NCBI GenBank assembly: GCA_017695095.1
Contig: JADILW010000066.1
Span: 56,703-120,702 of the forward strand
Direction: 5' to 3'
Source of the DNA: Candidatus Cryptobacteroides avistercoris
GTDB taxonomy: Bacteria > Bacteroidota > Bacteroidia > Bacteroidales > UBA932
DNA length: 64,000 bases
The stretch's first letter is position 1, and each line of letters begins with the position of its first letter. The translations under genes and the position numbers were made by a program. The notes beneath the pieces are model-generated. The model ran no database searches. It was not told the DNA's origin and worked only from the letters and a program-made list of their open reading frames with translations. This document shows, piece after piece, positions 37,939-46,776 of this stretch.

Positions 37939-38871
37939 TTATTTGAGGGCGTCGAGGAGCTTCTGGGCCTCAGGGCCGTAGGTGGGGTCGCTGAGGGTCT
38001 TGTTGTAGAACTCCTTGGCCTTCTCGATGTTGCCTGCGGTCTGGTAGAGGGCTCCTACGGTGTAGGCTATCTGGCCTGCGTTCTTGGCGTTGGGGGCGAG
38101 CTCGAGGTACTTCTCGAAGTACTTGATGGCGTCGTCATTCTTGCCGGAAAGCTGTGCGGCCTGGCCTGCGATCTGGTAGGCGGTGCTGCTCTCGCTGTAT
38201 TCGTTGGACTTCACGGCCTCGTCGATGGCGGCGGCATAGTCCTTCTCCCTGAGGGATGCGAGCGCGTTCTTGAGATAGAGGGTGCCGAGCTGCTTGCCGG
38301 CTGCAGCCTCCTGTCCGTTGGCCGCTGCGGTGGTGAAGGCCTCGATGGCTCCGGCGGTGTCTCCGGTGGCGCCGAGCGCCATGCCGAGGCGGAGAGCCGC
38401 CACGCCGTTGGCTGAGTCAGCTTCGAGAATCTGCTTGTAGGTAGCCGCAGCTCCAGCATAGTCCTTGCTGTTGAGCAGGTCGTTGCCCTTCTGCAGCAGG
38501 AGCTGGGGGATCAGGGCCTTTGCTTCGTCGATAACGGACTGGTTCCCGTATTCGGTGGCGAGCTCGACCGTGCTGTTCAGTCTTGCCACGGCTCCGTCGA
38601 TGTCGTCATTCTGTGCGAGGCTCTTGGCGAGGTTCAGGCTGACCTCGGGGATGGCGTTCTTGCAGTTGTCGGCCACTTCCTGACCTTCCTCTCCGAGGGA
38701 GGAAGCGATGGTGTAGGCCTGCTGGAACGCCTCAAGGGCGCCTTCGAAGTCTCCGCTGCTGAGACAGGTGGCTCCGTTGTTGTAGGTTTCGGTCGCCTGG
38801 GAAAGATCCTGGGCGTTCATGGAGCCGATTGCCAATACGGCACAAGCGATGGTAACAAAGAGTTTCTTCAT
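37939..38871 (-). CDS. secreted tetratricopeptide-repeat protein
   Basis: 310 aa. Signal peptide MKKLFVTIACAVLAIGSMNA and repeated A/Y/G-rich TPR units. Confidence 0.75.
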   Translation of the reverse strand: MKKLFVTIACAVLAIGSMNAQDLSQATETYNNGATCLSSGDFEGALEAFQQAYTIASSLGEEGQEVADNCKNAIPEVSLNLAKSLAQNDDIDGAVARLNSTVELATEYGNQSVIDEAKALIPQLLLQKGNDLLNSKDYAGAAATYKQILEADSANGVAALRLGMALGATGDTAGAIEAFTTAAANGQEAAAGKQLGTLYLKNALASLREKDYAAAIDEAVKSNEYSESSTAYQIAGQAAQLSGKNDDAIKYFEKYLELAPNAKNAGQIAYTVGALYQTAGNIEKAKEFYNKTLSDPTYGPEAQKLLDALK

Positions 38872-38949
38872 AATGATTTTATAGATGTTTTACTGTTTGC
38901 AATCCGAGCAAAAACAAAACTAATAAAAAAGTTTTAATTTTGTATAAAC

Positions 38950-41523
38950 ATGCCGTTAAACCGACTGCATATTTTGTGCCTGACTTTCTTCATGGCACTG
39001 TTTCCGGCCTCAGCACAGATGATGCCGCAGCTCGGCGTGGCGGATGAGATAAAGACGGGCTCCTTCCCCAACGGGCTCAGGTATTATATTGTGGTCAACG
39101 CGGCTGAGAAGGGTTTCGCCGACTTCGCCCTTGTCAGGAAGTCCGGGACACCCGACGTGAGTTTCCGCAGTCTGCTCGACTCGCTGCCGCATTTCGGGCC
39201 CCGCAGCCCCTACCGCTTCCTCGCCGACAACGGAGTGAACTATTCGCCCGAAGGATATGTCGCCGAACGCCCGGAAGCCGGCATAGTCTCGCTCAGGAGC
39301 GTCCCGGTCTACAGTCAGGAGACCGCCGATTCGACCATGCTGCTGCTCATGGACATGGCCGCCGCCTCGCGCAGCCCGCAGGCGGTGATAGTCAGCGGCG
39401 ACATCGACGTGGCCAAGGTGCTCGACAGGCTCGACCTGCTGTCCATGACGGTCCCGCGGCTGAGAGCGGACAGGACGCGGACGGACTACCGCTGGATTCC
39501 CGAGGACTCCCTCAGGCTGGCGGTCACCTGCGGCCCGACCCGTGAGGCGGCGGTGATAAGCGCGGTATATCGTGCCCGCAGAATGCCCGAAGCCATGATG
39601 AACACCCTGCAGCCGCTCGTCTCGCAGGTCTACGCCGACATGTTCGGCCGGATTGTCTCTGAAAGGCTCGAACGCAGCTTCCGCAGCCGCGGCGTTCCGC
39701 TCGCGGAGGTGGCTTTCGACTACCACGGCAGCGCCGACGGCCCGGGGGACGAACATTATGCCGTCTTGCTGACCACTTCGGCCGGGCATGTCGCAGAGGC
39801 GACTTCGATTCTCGCCTCGGTGCTTTCGACGCTCGACAGGGAAGGCGCCTCGGCGGCCGAGTTCGAGGACGCCAAGTCCCGGCTGAAGCCGGAAGCGCGC
39901 AACGGAGGCCCGCGTACCAACCGTGAATATGTGGCCAGGTGCGTATCCGCCTATCTGTACGGCTCGAACCTGGCTTCCGAGTCCTCCATAAGGGAATATT
40001 TTACCGGCCGCAGCCTTTCCTCCGCAAGAGAGCTGATACTCTTCAACGGCTTCGTGGACGCATTGCTGGATTCAGCCCGCAACCTCAGCCTGCATTACGA
40101 GGTGCCGGGAGGCAGGCTGGACGCGGGACTCATGCGCAGCACCTTCTCCGCGGCCTGGGCGTCGCCCGACAGTCCGGAACCCCGGGCCACCGGACGCCTG
40201 GGCGAGGTGCTGAAGGCCTGCGTCGCAGAACCGCCGCGGGCCAGGCTCCGTTCAGAAACCGCAGAACCGGTGTCGGGCGGACGGCTGTGGACCTTCGCCA
40301 ACGGAATCAGGACGGTGTTCAGGAAGATGGACACCGGCGGTGAATTCCGCTATGCGCTGATGCTGCGTGACGGCATCGCCTCCGTGCCCGGCATAGGCGA
40401 GGGAGAGGGAGCGTTCGTGGGCGACATGCTTGCGCTCGGTACGGTCGCAGGCGTCCCCGGACGAGACTTCCTGTCGATGCTCGAAGCCGAAGGAATCACT
40501 ATGGAGTTCGAGGCCGGTCTCTCCGGTCTCCGGATATCGGGAAAGGCTCCGGAAGCGAAGTTCCCGCTGCTGATGCAGGCTCTTCTCGCCATTTCCGGAG
40601 AGCGCGGGCCCGACATGGAGGAGTTCGGATATTACCGTAGCTCCGAAGCCCTGCGCATCGAAATGGACGCTCTGTCTCAGCAGAATGTGAATTCGTTGAT
40701 GGACAGCATAATGCGCCCCGGCTACTTCTACACCGGCCGCAAGCGCATCGAGAATCTCGGGGAAGACCTCCCCGAAAGGGCCGAGAAGTATTTCGCTTCG
40801 GCTTTCTCCAGGGTCAACGACGGCCTGCTCGTGCTCGTGGGGGATCTCGACGAGGACAAGCTGAAGAAGGAGCTCGTCCGCACCCTCGGAGGCTTCAGCT
40901 GCCATAAGCAATATGCGAGGAGGCCGAAGGTGAACAGCCGGTTCGCCTCAGGTTCGGTGACCTATATCGTGGAGTCTCTGCCCGGCGTGGCCGACGGCGA
41001 CGCGGGGGTCCACATGGGGATGTCGGCCGACATAGCCTACAGCATCGACAACTACATAGCCTTCAAGGCCGCCGTGGCCTGCATCGACAGGAAGCTCGCC
41101 GGCGCCCTGGCCGGCTGCGGGGCGTATCTCGAGATAGAGGACAGCCTGGAGGTGTTCCCCGACGAACGCATGTGGGTCCACGTCAGCTGCCTTCCCTGCC
41201 GCAGTTCCGGACTTCCCGCCTCCGTGTCGGCCTGCGGACCTCTGGAGATGTTCGGCATAGTGCGCAGGGTGACTTCGCAGCTGGAGCGGATAGAGATTTC
41301 CGAGGCGGAGCTCCGGGCATTCAAGGAGCAGCTCACGAGCGAGTTCGAGAGAATGAACTCTGACCCCGGCAGTATCGTGGATGCCGTGCTGCTGCGCTAC
41401 GGCGACGGGAAGGACCTCGTGAGCGGTTTCAGACGCGCCGTGGACGGGCTGACTGCCGATGACATAAGGAAAATACTCTCCGACCTGCAGCACGGGGCGG
41501 GAGTGGAATATGTTGTACTCTGA
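38950..41523 (+). CDS. M16 (pitrilysin/insulinase)-like protein lacking the HxxEH zinc motif
   Basis: 857 aa with a signal peptide. N-terminal FPNGLRYYIVVN... resembles the M16 fold start, but the expected HxxEH position reads SLLDSLPHFG. The call rests on overall resemblance only. Confidence 0.5.
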   Translation: MPLNRLHILCLTFFMALFPASAQMMPQLGVADEIKTGSFPNGLRYYIVVNAAEKGFADFALVRKSGTPDVSFRSLLDSLPHFGPRSPYRFLADNGVNYSPEGYVAERPEAGIVSLRSVPVYSQETADSTMLLLMDMAAASRSPQAVIVSGDIDVAKVLDRLDLLSMTVPRLRADRTRTDYRWIPEDSLRLAVTCGPTREAAVISAVYRARRMPEAMMNTLQPLVSQVYADMFGRIVSERLERSFRSRGVPLAEVAFDYHGSADGPGDEHYAVLLTTSAGHVAEATSILASVLSTLDREGASAAEFEDAKSRLKPEARNGGPRTNREYVARCVSAYLYGSNLASESSIREYFTGRSLSSARELILFNGFVDALLDSARNLSLHYEVPGGRLDAGLMRSTFSAAWASPDSPEPRATGRLGEVLKACVAEPPRARLRSETAEPVSGGRLWTFANGIRTVFRKMDTGGEFRYALMLRDGIASVPGIGEGEGAFVGDMLALGTVAGVPGRDFLSMLEAEGITMEFEAGLSGLRISGKAPEAKFPLLMQALLAISGERGPDMEEFGYYRSSEALRIEMDALSQQNVNSLMDSIMRPGYFYTGRKRIENLGEDLPERAEKYFASAFSRVNDGLLVLVGDLDEDKLKKELVRTLGGFSCHKQYARRPKVNSRFASGSVTYIVESLPGVADGDAGVHMGMSADIAYSIDNYIAFKAAVACIDRKLAGALAGCGAYLEIEDSLEVFPDERMWVHVSCLPCRSSGLPASVSACGPLEMFGIVRRVTSQLERIEISEAELRAFKEQLTSEFERMNSDPGSIVDAVLLRYGDGKDLVSGFRRAVDGLTADDIRKILSDLQHGAGVEYVVL

Positions 41524-42104
41524 TGGAAAGACAGTTCGGAACAATAATCCAGATAGGCGACATTCTGGTGTCGGAAGATGTCGTGACCGAATATTTCGCC
41601 TGCGACTATGAGGCCTGCAAGGGCGTATGCTGCATCGAAGGCGACAGCGGTGCCCCCATGGAGGAGGAAGAGATAGAGACCGTGGAGCGCGACTATCCCA
41701 GGTTCAGCGCACTCATGAGTCCGGCGGGGCGCGAGGCCGCCGAGAGCTCGGACTTCTTCGAGGTCGACCGCGACGGAGACATCGTGACCCCGCTGGTCAG
41801 GGGCAGCTGCGAATGCGCGTTCTGCCATTCCGGACCCTCCGGAGAGGCCCTGTGCGCAATAGAGATGGCCGGATGCCGGAAACCCGTGTCCTGCTCGCTC
41901 TACCCTATAAGGGTCACGAAGTTCACCGGCGGCTCGCTGGCTCTCAACGTGCATCACTGGGAAATCTGCAGGCCGGCTTTCGAGAAAGGCCGCAGAGAAA
42001 ATGTCCGCGTATATCAGTTTCTGCGCAAGCCGCTCACGGACAGCTATGGCGAAGAGTTCTGGTCAGCCCTCGACGAGGCCGCTAGACATCTTCTCTCTGA
42101 CTAG
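41523..42104 (+). CDS. DUF3109 family protein
   Basis: 193 aa. IQIGDILVSEDVVTEYFACDYEACKGVCCIEGDSGAP is the Cys-rich start typical of Bacteroidota DUF3109. The start overlaps the upstream stop. Confidence 0.75.
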   Translation: MERQFGTIIQIGDILVSEDVVTEYFACDYEACKGVCCIEGDSGAPMEEEEIETVERDYPRFSALMSPAGREAAESSDFFEVDRDGDIVTPLVRGSCECAFCHSGPSGEALCAIEMAGCRKPVSCSLYPIRVTKFTGGSLALNVHHWEICRPAFEKGRRENVRVYQFLRKPLTDSYGEEFWSALDEAARHLLSD

Positions 42105-42546
42105 CCTCAAGGCCTGAAACCAGCCGTACAAGGTCCTTGGATATGCCTTCGAGCCTGAGGCCGGCGACGTCGTAGCTGATGGTGATGCGGTCCTCCCACA
42201 TCTTGAGCAGGCGTGAGACCACGGAGCGCTTCACGAAGCTCATGGACTCGGCGTCTTCCTTCTCCAGCCTGTAGCCGTGGAGGTCCATCACTCTCATGAC
42301 CAGGGGCTTGACATCCTCGGGGGAGCCGTAGACATGTGCGGTCCTGGTTGAGAAGCCGAACCTGGGGTATATCGCCGCAAACACTGCCATTATCAGGCAG
42401 ATCTGCCAGAGAGAGTCGTAGCCGTTGATGAATATCTTGGAGATGTCGGCCTCCACGAAGCCGGCGAGCACCAGCGCGGTGATGATGATCGCGAGAATCA
42501 CGAGCAAGTAGAAAAAGTACTTGACGGAACGGATAAAATACTTCAT
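42082..42546 (-). CDS. hypothetical membrane protein (154 aa)
   Basis: Internal ATG at 42546 gives MKYFIRSVKYFFYLLVILAIIITALVLAG... Two predicted TM helices, then a soluble domain. Confidence 0.6.
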   Translation of the reverse strand: MKYFIRSVKYFFYLLVILAIIITALVLAGFVEADISKIFINGYDSLWQICLIMAVFAAIYPRFGFSTRTAHVYGSPEDVKPLVMRVMDLHGYRLEKEDAESMSFVKRSVVSRLLKMWEDRITISYDVAGLRLEGISKDLVRLVSGLEASQREDV

Positions 42547-42604
42547 GGACGCAAAATTAGCAAATTTTGTTATTTTTGTACATTGACTTAAAACACACAG
42601 AATC

Positions 42605-43519
42605 ATGGAAAGAGAAGATCCGCTCGAGAGGCTTGAACGCCAGGAGGCCGAGAAGAAGGCCAACGGAGGTCTCAAGACCGTAATGATCATAATGATAGTG
42701 GCGGCGGTGGGACTTGCCGCCGCCCTCGCCTACGTGATGGTTTCCAAGAGCAGGCTGGTCGGACAGCTCAACGACGAGAAGACCGACCTTACCGAGCAGC
42801 TGGTCGCCCTCCAGAACGACTACGCCGACCTGACCTCGGAATACGATACCATCAACTACCAGCTCGACTCCTCCCGCGAGGAGATAGCCCAGCTCATCGA
42901 AAGGGTACGCACCACCGAGGCGACCAACCGCACCAAGATACGCCAGTACGAGAAGGAGCTGGGAACCCTGCGCAGCATCATGCGCGGCTACATCGAGCAG
43001 ATAGACTCGCTCAACACCCTCAACAAGCAGCTGACCGCCGAGGCCGAGTCCGCGCGCCGGGAAGCTGCCGACAGCAGGAGGATGAACGCCGAGCTCACGC
43101 AGCAGGTGGAGGACCTGACCGACATGGTCACCGTGGGCTCCATACTCAAGGCGCGCGGCCTCAGGATGGAGGCCTTCAACGCCAACGACCGCGTGGTCGA
43201 CAAGAGCAACAGGGTGGTGCGCCTGCTCGTGACGCTGAGCCTCGTGGAGAACGAGCTGGCTGAGCGCGGGCCGGTGCGTGTCTACGTCAGGGTGACCGAC
43301 CCTTCAGGCAATCTGCTGCTCGACGGCAAGGGAACCACCTTCACCTTCGAGGGCGAGACCCTGGACGCCACGGCATCGCGCGAGGTTGACTACCAGGGCG
43401 ACGAGGTCGAGATGGGCATCTACGTGAACAACATCCCCGATTTCGTCAAGGGCATCTACACCGTCCAGGCCTACACGGAGCAGTCGCTGCTCGGTTCCGC
43501 CGAGCTGATGCTCAGGTAA
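42605..43519 (+). CDS. hypothetical single-pass membrane coiled-coil protein
   Basis: 304 aa. TM segment TVMIIMIVAAVGLAAALAYVMV, a long heptad-like region, and a beta-rich C-terminal domain. Confidence 0.65.
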   Translation: MEREDPLERLERQEAEKKANGGLKTVMIIMIVAAVGLAAALAYVMVSKSRLVGQLNDEKTDLTEQLVALQNDYADLTSEYDTINYQLDSSREEIAQLIERVRTTEATNRTKIRQYEKELGTLRSIMRGYIEQIDSLNTLNKQLTAEAESARREAADSRRMNAELTQQVEDLTDMVTVGSILKARGLRMEAFNANDRVVDKSNRVVRLLVTLSLVENELAERGPVRVYVRVTDPSGNLLLDGKGTTFTFEGETLDATASREVDYQGDEVEMGIYVNNIPDFVKGIYTVQAYTEQSLLGSAELMLR

Positions 43520-44613
43520 TGGTCTACGTCCACGTCCCCTTCTGCAGAAGTTTCTGCATCTACTGCGACTTCTATTCGGAAATCGCGTGCCGGGGGCGGG
43601 ATGCCGGACAGATCGAAGGCTACACCGGCGCTCTCTGCGCCGAGATTGCCGCCCGCCGGGAGGAGACAGCCCGGACCCTCGGGGTCAATACGCTTTATTT
43701 CGGAGGAGGTACGCCGTCGGTGCTGCCTCCTCCGGCGTTTGAGCGCATCGTCGGGGCGCTGGGCTGCGGACCTTTCGACGAGTTCACGGTCGAGGTGAAT
43801 CCGGAGGACATCGCGGAGAAGGGAGGCGCATACGTGTCGGAGCTGCTGAAGCTCGGGGTGAACCGCGTCAGCATGGGCGTGCAGTCGCTCGACGACGGCA
43901 TCCTGCGCTGGATGCGGCGGCGCCACGACTCCGCATCCGCCCGCCGGGCCTTCGGCATTCTTCGCGATGCCGGGGTGGAGAACGTGAGCCTGGACCTCAT
44001 ATTCGGTCTGCCTCAACTGTCGCGGGAGATGCTTTCCGACACGCTCGACGGTATCTGCAGGCTGCGGCCGGAGCACGTGTCCGCCTATCAGCTGAGCGTC
44101 GAGGAGGGAAGCGACCTTGCGGCGATGGCAGTGGACGGCCGCTTCACGGAGGCTCCGGAGGAGCTCTGCGCCGAGCAGTATGAAATGATCTGCAGCCGAC
44201 TGCGGGCTGCCGGCTATGTGCATTACGAGATTTCCAACTGGGCCCTGCCGGGCCGTGAGGCGAAGCACAATTCCTCCTACTGGGAGCGGGTGCCGTATGT
44301 CGGCTTCGGCCCCGGGGCGCATTCTTTCGACGGGGAGCGCAGAAGCTGGAACAGCAGCCGGCTTTCAGGATGGATGCGTTCCGGCGAACTTCTGGGCGCG
44401 GAAGAAGCGAGGGAGGAGGACATAATGCTCGGTCTGCGCACAGCTAGGGGCATACCTGCCGGATGGTGCCGGGAGGAAGATCTGCGGCGCTGCCTTTCCA
44501 ACGGGGCGCTTGTCCCTGTACGGAGGGCGCCGGAAGGCTTCCTGCCGGACCGCGTGCGCATTCCCGAGTCCCGCTGGTTCGTCTCGGATGAAATCATCGC
44601 GGAGCTGATATAG
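43519..44613 (+). CDS. hemW: radical SAM heme chaperone HemW (HemN-like, oxygen-independent coproporphyrinogen oxidase family)
   Basis: YVHVPFCRSFCIYCDFY (CxxxCxxC). 364 aa, the size of HemW rather than HemN. Confidence 0.85.
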   Translation: MVYVHVPFCRSFCIYCDFYSEIACRGRDAGQIEGYTGALCAEIAARREETARTLGVNTLYFGGGTPSVLPPPAFERIVGALGCGPFDEFTVEVNPEDIAEKGGAYVSELLKLGVNRVSMGVQSLDDGILRWMRRRHDSASARRAFGILRDAGVENVSLDLIFGLPQLSREMLSDTLDGICRLRPEHVSAYQLSVEEGSDLAAMAVDGRFTEAPEELCAEQYEMICSRLRAAGYVHYEISNWALPGREAKHNSSYWERVPYVGFGPGAHSFDGERRSWNSSRLSGWMRSGELLGAEEAREEDIMLGLRTARGIPAGWCREEDLRRCLSNGALVPVRRAPEGFLPDRVRIPESRWFVSDEIIAELI

Positions 44614-44726
44614 GGCCGCGCGCGGATTTGCACCGTCTTGTGTCTTGCGAGAGTTCATTTCCTTGATATTTGTATTTATAAAGGAAAAACAGTATATTGC
44701 TTCGGCATGAATTAAATCATATAATT

Positions 44727-46043
44727 GTGAATAAAACTATTTTCCTTTCTTCGTTTTTTGTTCTCATCAGTGTGTCAGTCGCCTGTACCAAAGATGAGGC
44801 CCCTGGGGTGATGCCAAATGATTCTTTTGGCATGAATGCAGATCAGGTGGAACTATATGCGTCTATCTTTGCTCCTTTTTTGTCAGATGTAGAAAATGGT
44901 GAAAATGAGGCCACAAAGGCCGTATCCGGTCAGGAAAAGATTCTCGAAGATATTGATTACTTTATTGAAGATGGTGATACTCTGATGTATGCCTTCAACT
45001 ATCAGAACGATGGAGGATATTTATTGATAGGCTCTGACAATAGCTCATTTCCGATATTGGCTCATTCGAAAATCGGAAATATTCATTTTGATGATATTGA
45101 CAGAAGCGGTGCATTTTATTATTATTTGAGCAAAATCAAAGAAAGAATCAAGTACAATCTCAGTCATGCTTCCAGTACCGATTCGGAATATTACGAGAAT
45201 TGGAAAGATCTTGGCAAGGACGGCTATGAATATGAGATAACAGCGGTTAACAGTGCTCCGGGACCGGATACGAAAGCAAGGAGAGATTATTCTTCAGGAC
45301 GGGCAATGGTTTATCCGTATACGGGGTATGATCTTGATTTATGGTGTCAGACGGCAGGATATAACTATTATGCTCCTAGGAAAGCGAAGATCGGATGTCC
45401 GGCTTTGGCTATAGGCATGCTGATATATGATACCGAACAGCGTTTGTCTGGAAATCATACACCAACTATGCCGTATTTCGATTATAAGGATAAGGAAGCG
45501 ATTCCAGATACGACGAAGTCTTCTCATGTAGCACAAGTATTGAAACAAATAGCTGATTATATTCCTAATTATAGTTGGGGCTGGGCAAACGGAATACCAA
45601 GTGGTGCGCGCGCCAGTGATGTGCTTGCTGGTTTGAAGAATTTGGGCTATATCAAAGCGACTATGGAGCCGTATGACTTAGATATGTTATATAAAAATAT
45701 TGCCTATGCGGAGACGGATGAAAACGGGACAGGCTGTCAAAGAGGAGTGCTTCTCGGCGCGGACGATATAAACGGTGGTACTAGTCATATATGGTTCTGT
45801 GACGGATATTATGAACAGGGTTATGAGGTGGTCAAGAAATTCTTGGGAATTGTCATAAAGAGGTGGAACGAATATGATGACCGCCTGTATATGAATTGGG
45901 GATGGGGTCCGGAAAAAGGTAATGGCTGGTATTCTGCTATGGATGAAGTGTGGACATCGATAGATGGTACAGGTGATATAAGTTTCAAACTGAATACGCA
46001 TATGTACATAAATCTTGGATATTATGAAATTCCGGAACAGTGA
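44727..46043 (+). CDS. C10 family (streptopain-like) cysteine peptidase lipoprotein with Spi-type propeptide
   Basis: GTG at 44727 gives (M)NKTIFLSSFFVLISVSVAC, a lipobox. The propeptide-like MYAFNYQNDGGYLLIGSDNSSFPILAHS is followed by the catalytic Cys context KIGCPALAIGMLIY, the His context SHIWFCDGYY, and NWGWGPEKGNGWY. The gene is markedly AT-rich compared with its neighbours. Confidence 0.8.
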   Translation: MNKTIFLSSFFVLISVSVACTKDEAPGVMPNDSFGMNADQVELYASIFAPFLSDVENGENEATKAVSGQEKILEDIDYFIEDGDTLMYAFNYQNDGGYLLIGSDNSSFPILAHSKIGNIHFDDIDRSGAFYYYLSKIKERIKYNLSHASSTDSEYYENWKDLGKDGYEYEITAVNSAPGPDTKARRDYSSGRAMVYPYTGYDLDLWCQTAGYNYYAPRKAKIGCPALAIGMLIYDTEQRLSGNHTPTMPYFDYKDKEAIPDTTKSSHVAQVLKQIADYIPNYSWGWANGIPSGARASDVLAGLKNLGYIKATMEPYDLDMLYKNIAYAETDENGTGCQRGVLLGADDINGGTSHIWFCDGYYEQGYEVVKKFLGIVIKRWNEYDDRLYMNWGWGPEKGNGWYSAMDEVWTSIDGTGDISFKLNTHMYINLGYYEIPEQ

Positions 46044-46671
46044 TTTTCTATTTTCGTTTCCGATACTGGCGGCTGTCCTGTCACTGACATCCTGCAGCAA
46101 GGAAGATCCGGGGTACACGCCCGCTGGTGATTCGTGGGTGAAGACTGGAATCTGCATAAATCTGTACGACTTCTCATCGGATAATTCGGAAAAGGCGGTG
46201 CGTATTGTCAATATGGAAGATAACTCCGAAATAAATTTCAGGGCGGAAGAAAGTACTAACAGCGATGGCGAGGCGATGACCAGCATCTTTTTCAGGCCCG
46301 CGAGACCCGATGTGAACGATATGATTTCAATCGACCCTTCTGTGGCTCTGTCTGTCGGCACGGCGGAAACTCGTGTCTGCATCGGAGATTACAGCACGGA
46401 TCTGACGTGTATATATGAGGAATATGCGCAGGAAGAATCTGTCATAGATGAAAACACGGACGGTGACGATGATGTCTTCTACGGCGGCATCAACTTCGAG
46501 ATCAGCAAGATCAAGTGCCAGGGGAAACTGATGGAGACAGATCTTCTGACCGAAACGGGCGGTACTCCTTCTTTTGACCTGATTCTCGACGACAGCGGCC
46601 TCACCATGCGGTTCCGATACGTGAACTGGGACCCGGACTTTTCGCCTTTTTCCGCAGAGCAGCCGGAGTAA
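46024..46671 (+). CDS. hypothetical lipoprotein overlapping the 3' end of the C10 peptidase gene
   Basis: ATG at 46024 gives MKFRNSDFLFSFPILAAVLSLTSCSKE (lipobox). It overlaps the protease gene by 20 nt in another frame. No recognised domain. Confidence 0.6.
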   Translation: MKFRNSDFLFSFPILAAVLSLTSCSKEDPGYTPAGDSWVKTGICINLYDFSSDNSEKAVRIVNMEDNSEINFRAEESTNSDGEAMTSIFFRPARPDVNDMISIDPSVALSVGTAETRVCIGDYSTDLTCIYEEYAQEESVIDENTDGDDDVFYGGINFEISKIKCQGKLMETDLLTETGGTPSFDLILDDSGLTMRFRYVNWDPDFSPFSAEQPE

Positions 46672-46686
46672 AATTGCTTCTCTCTT

Positions 46687-46765
46687 AGCCGTGACGGAGC
46701 TCGCCCTCCGGCAGTATAGGGCTGTGCGGCTGGTTCCTACTGCCGGAGGGCGAACTCCGTCGCGG
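46687..46765. repeat. palindromic repeat module B, copy 3 (29 bp stem)
   Basis: GCCGTGACGGAGCTCGCCCTCCGGCAGTA-[TAGGGCTGTGCGGCTGGTTCC]-TACTGCCGGAGGGCGAACTCCGTCGCGGC. Lies between the convergent lipoprotein and dusB genes. Confidence 0.85.
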
Positions 46766-46776
46766 CAGCGCACAGT

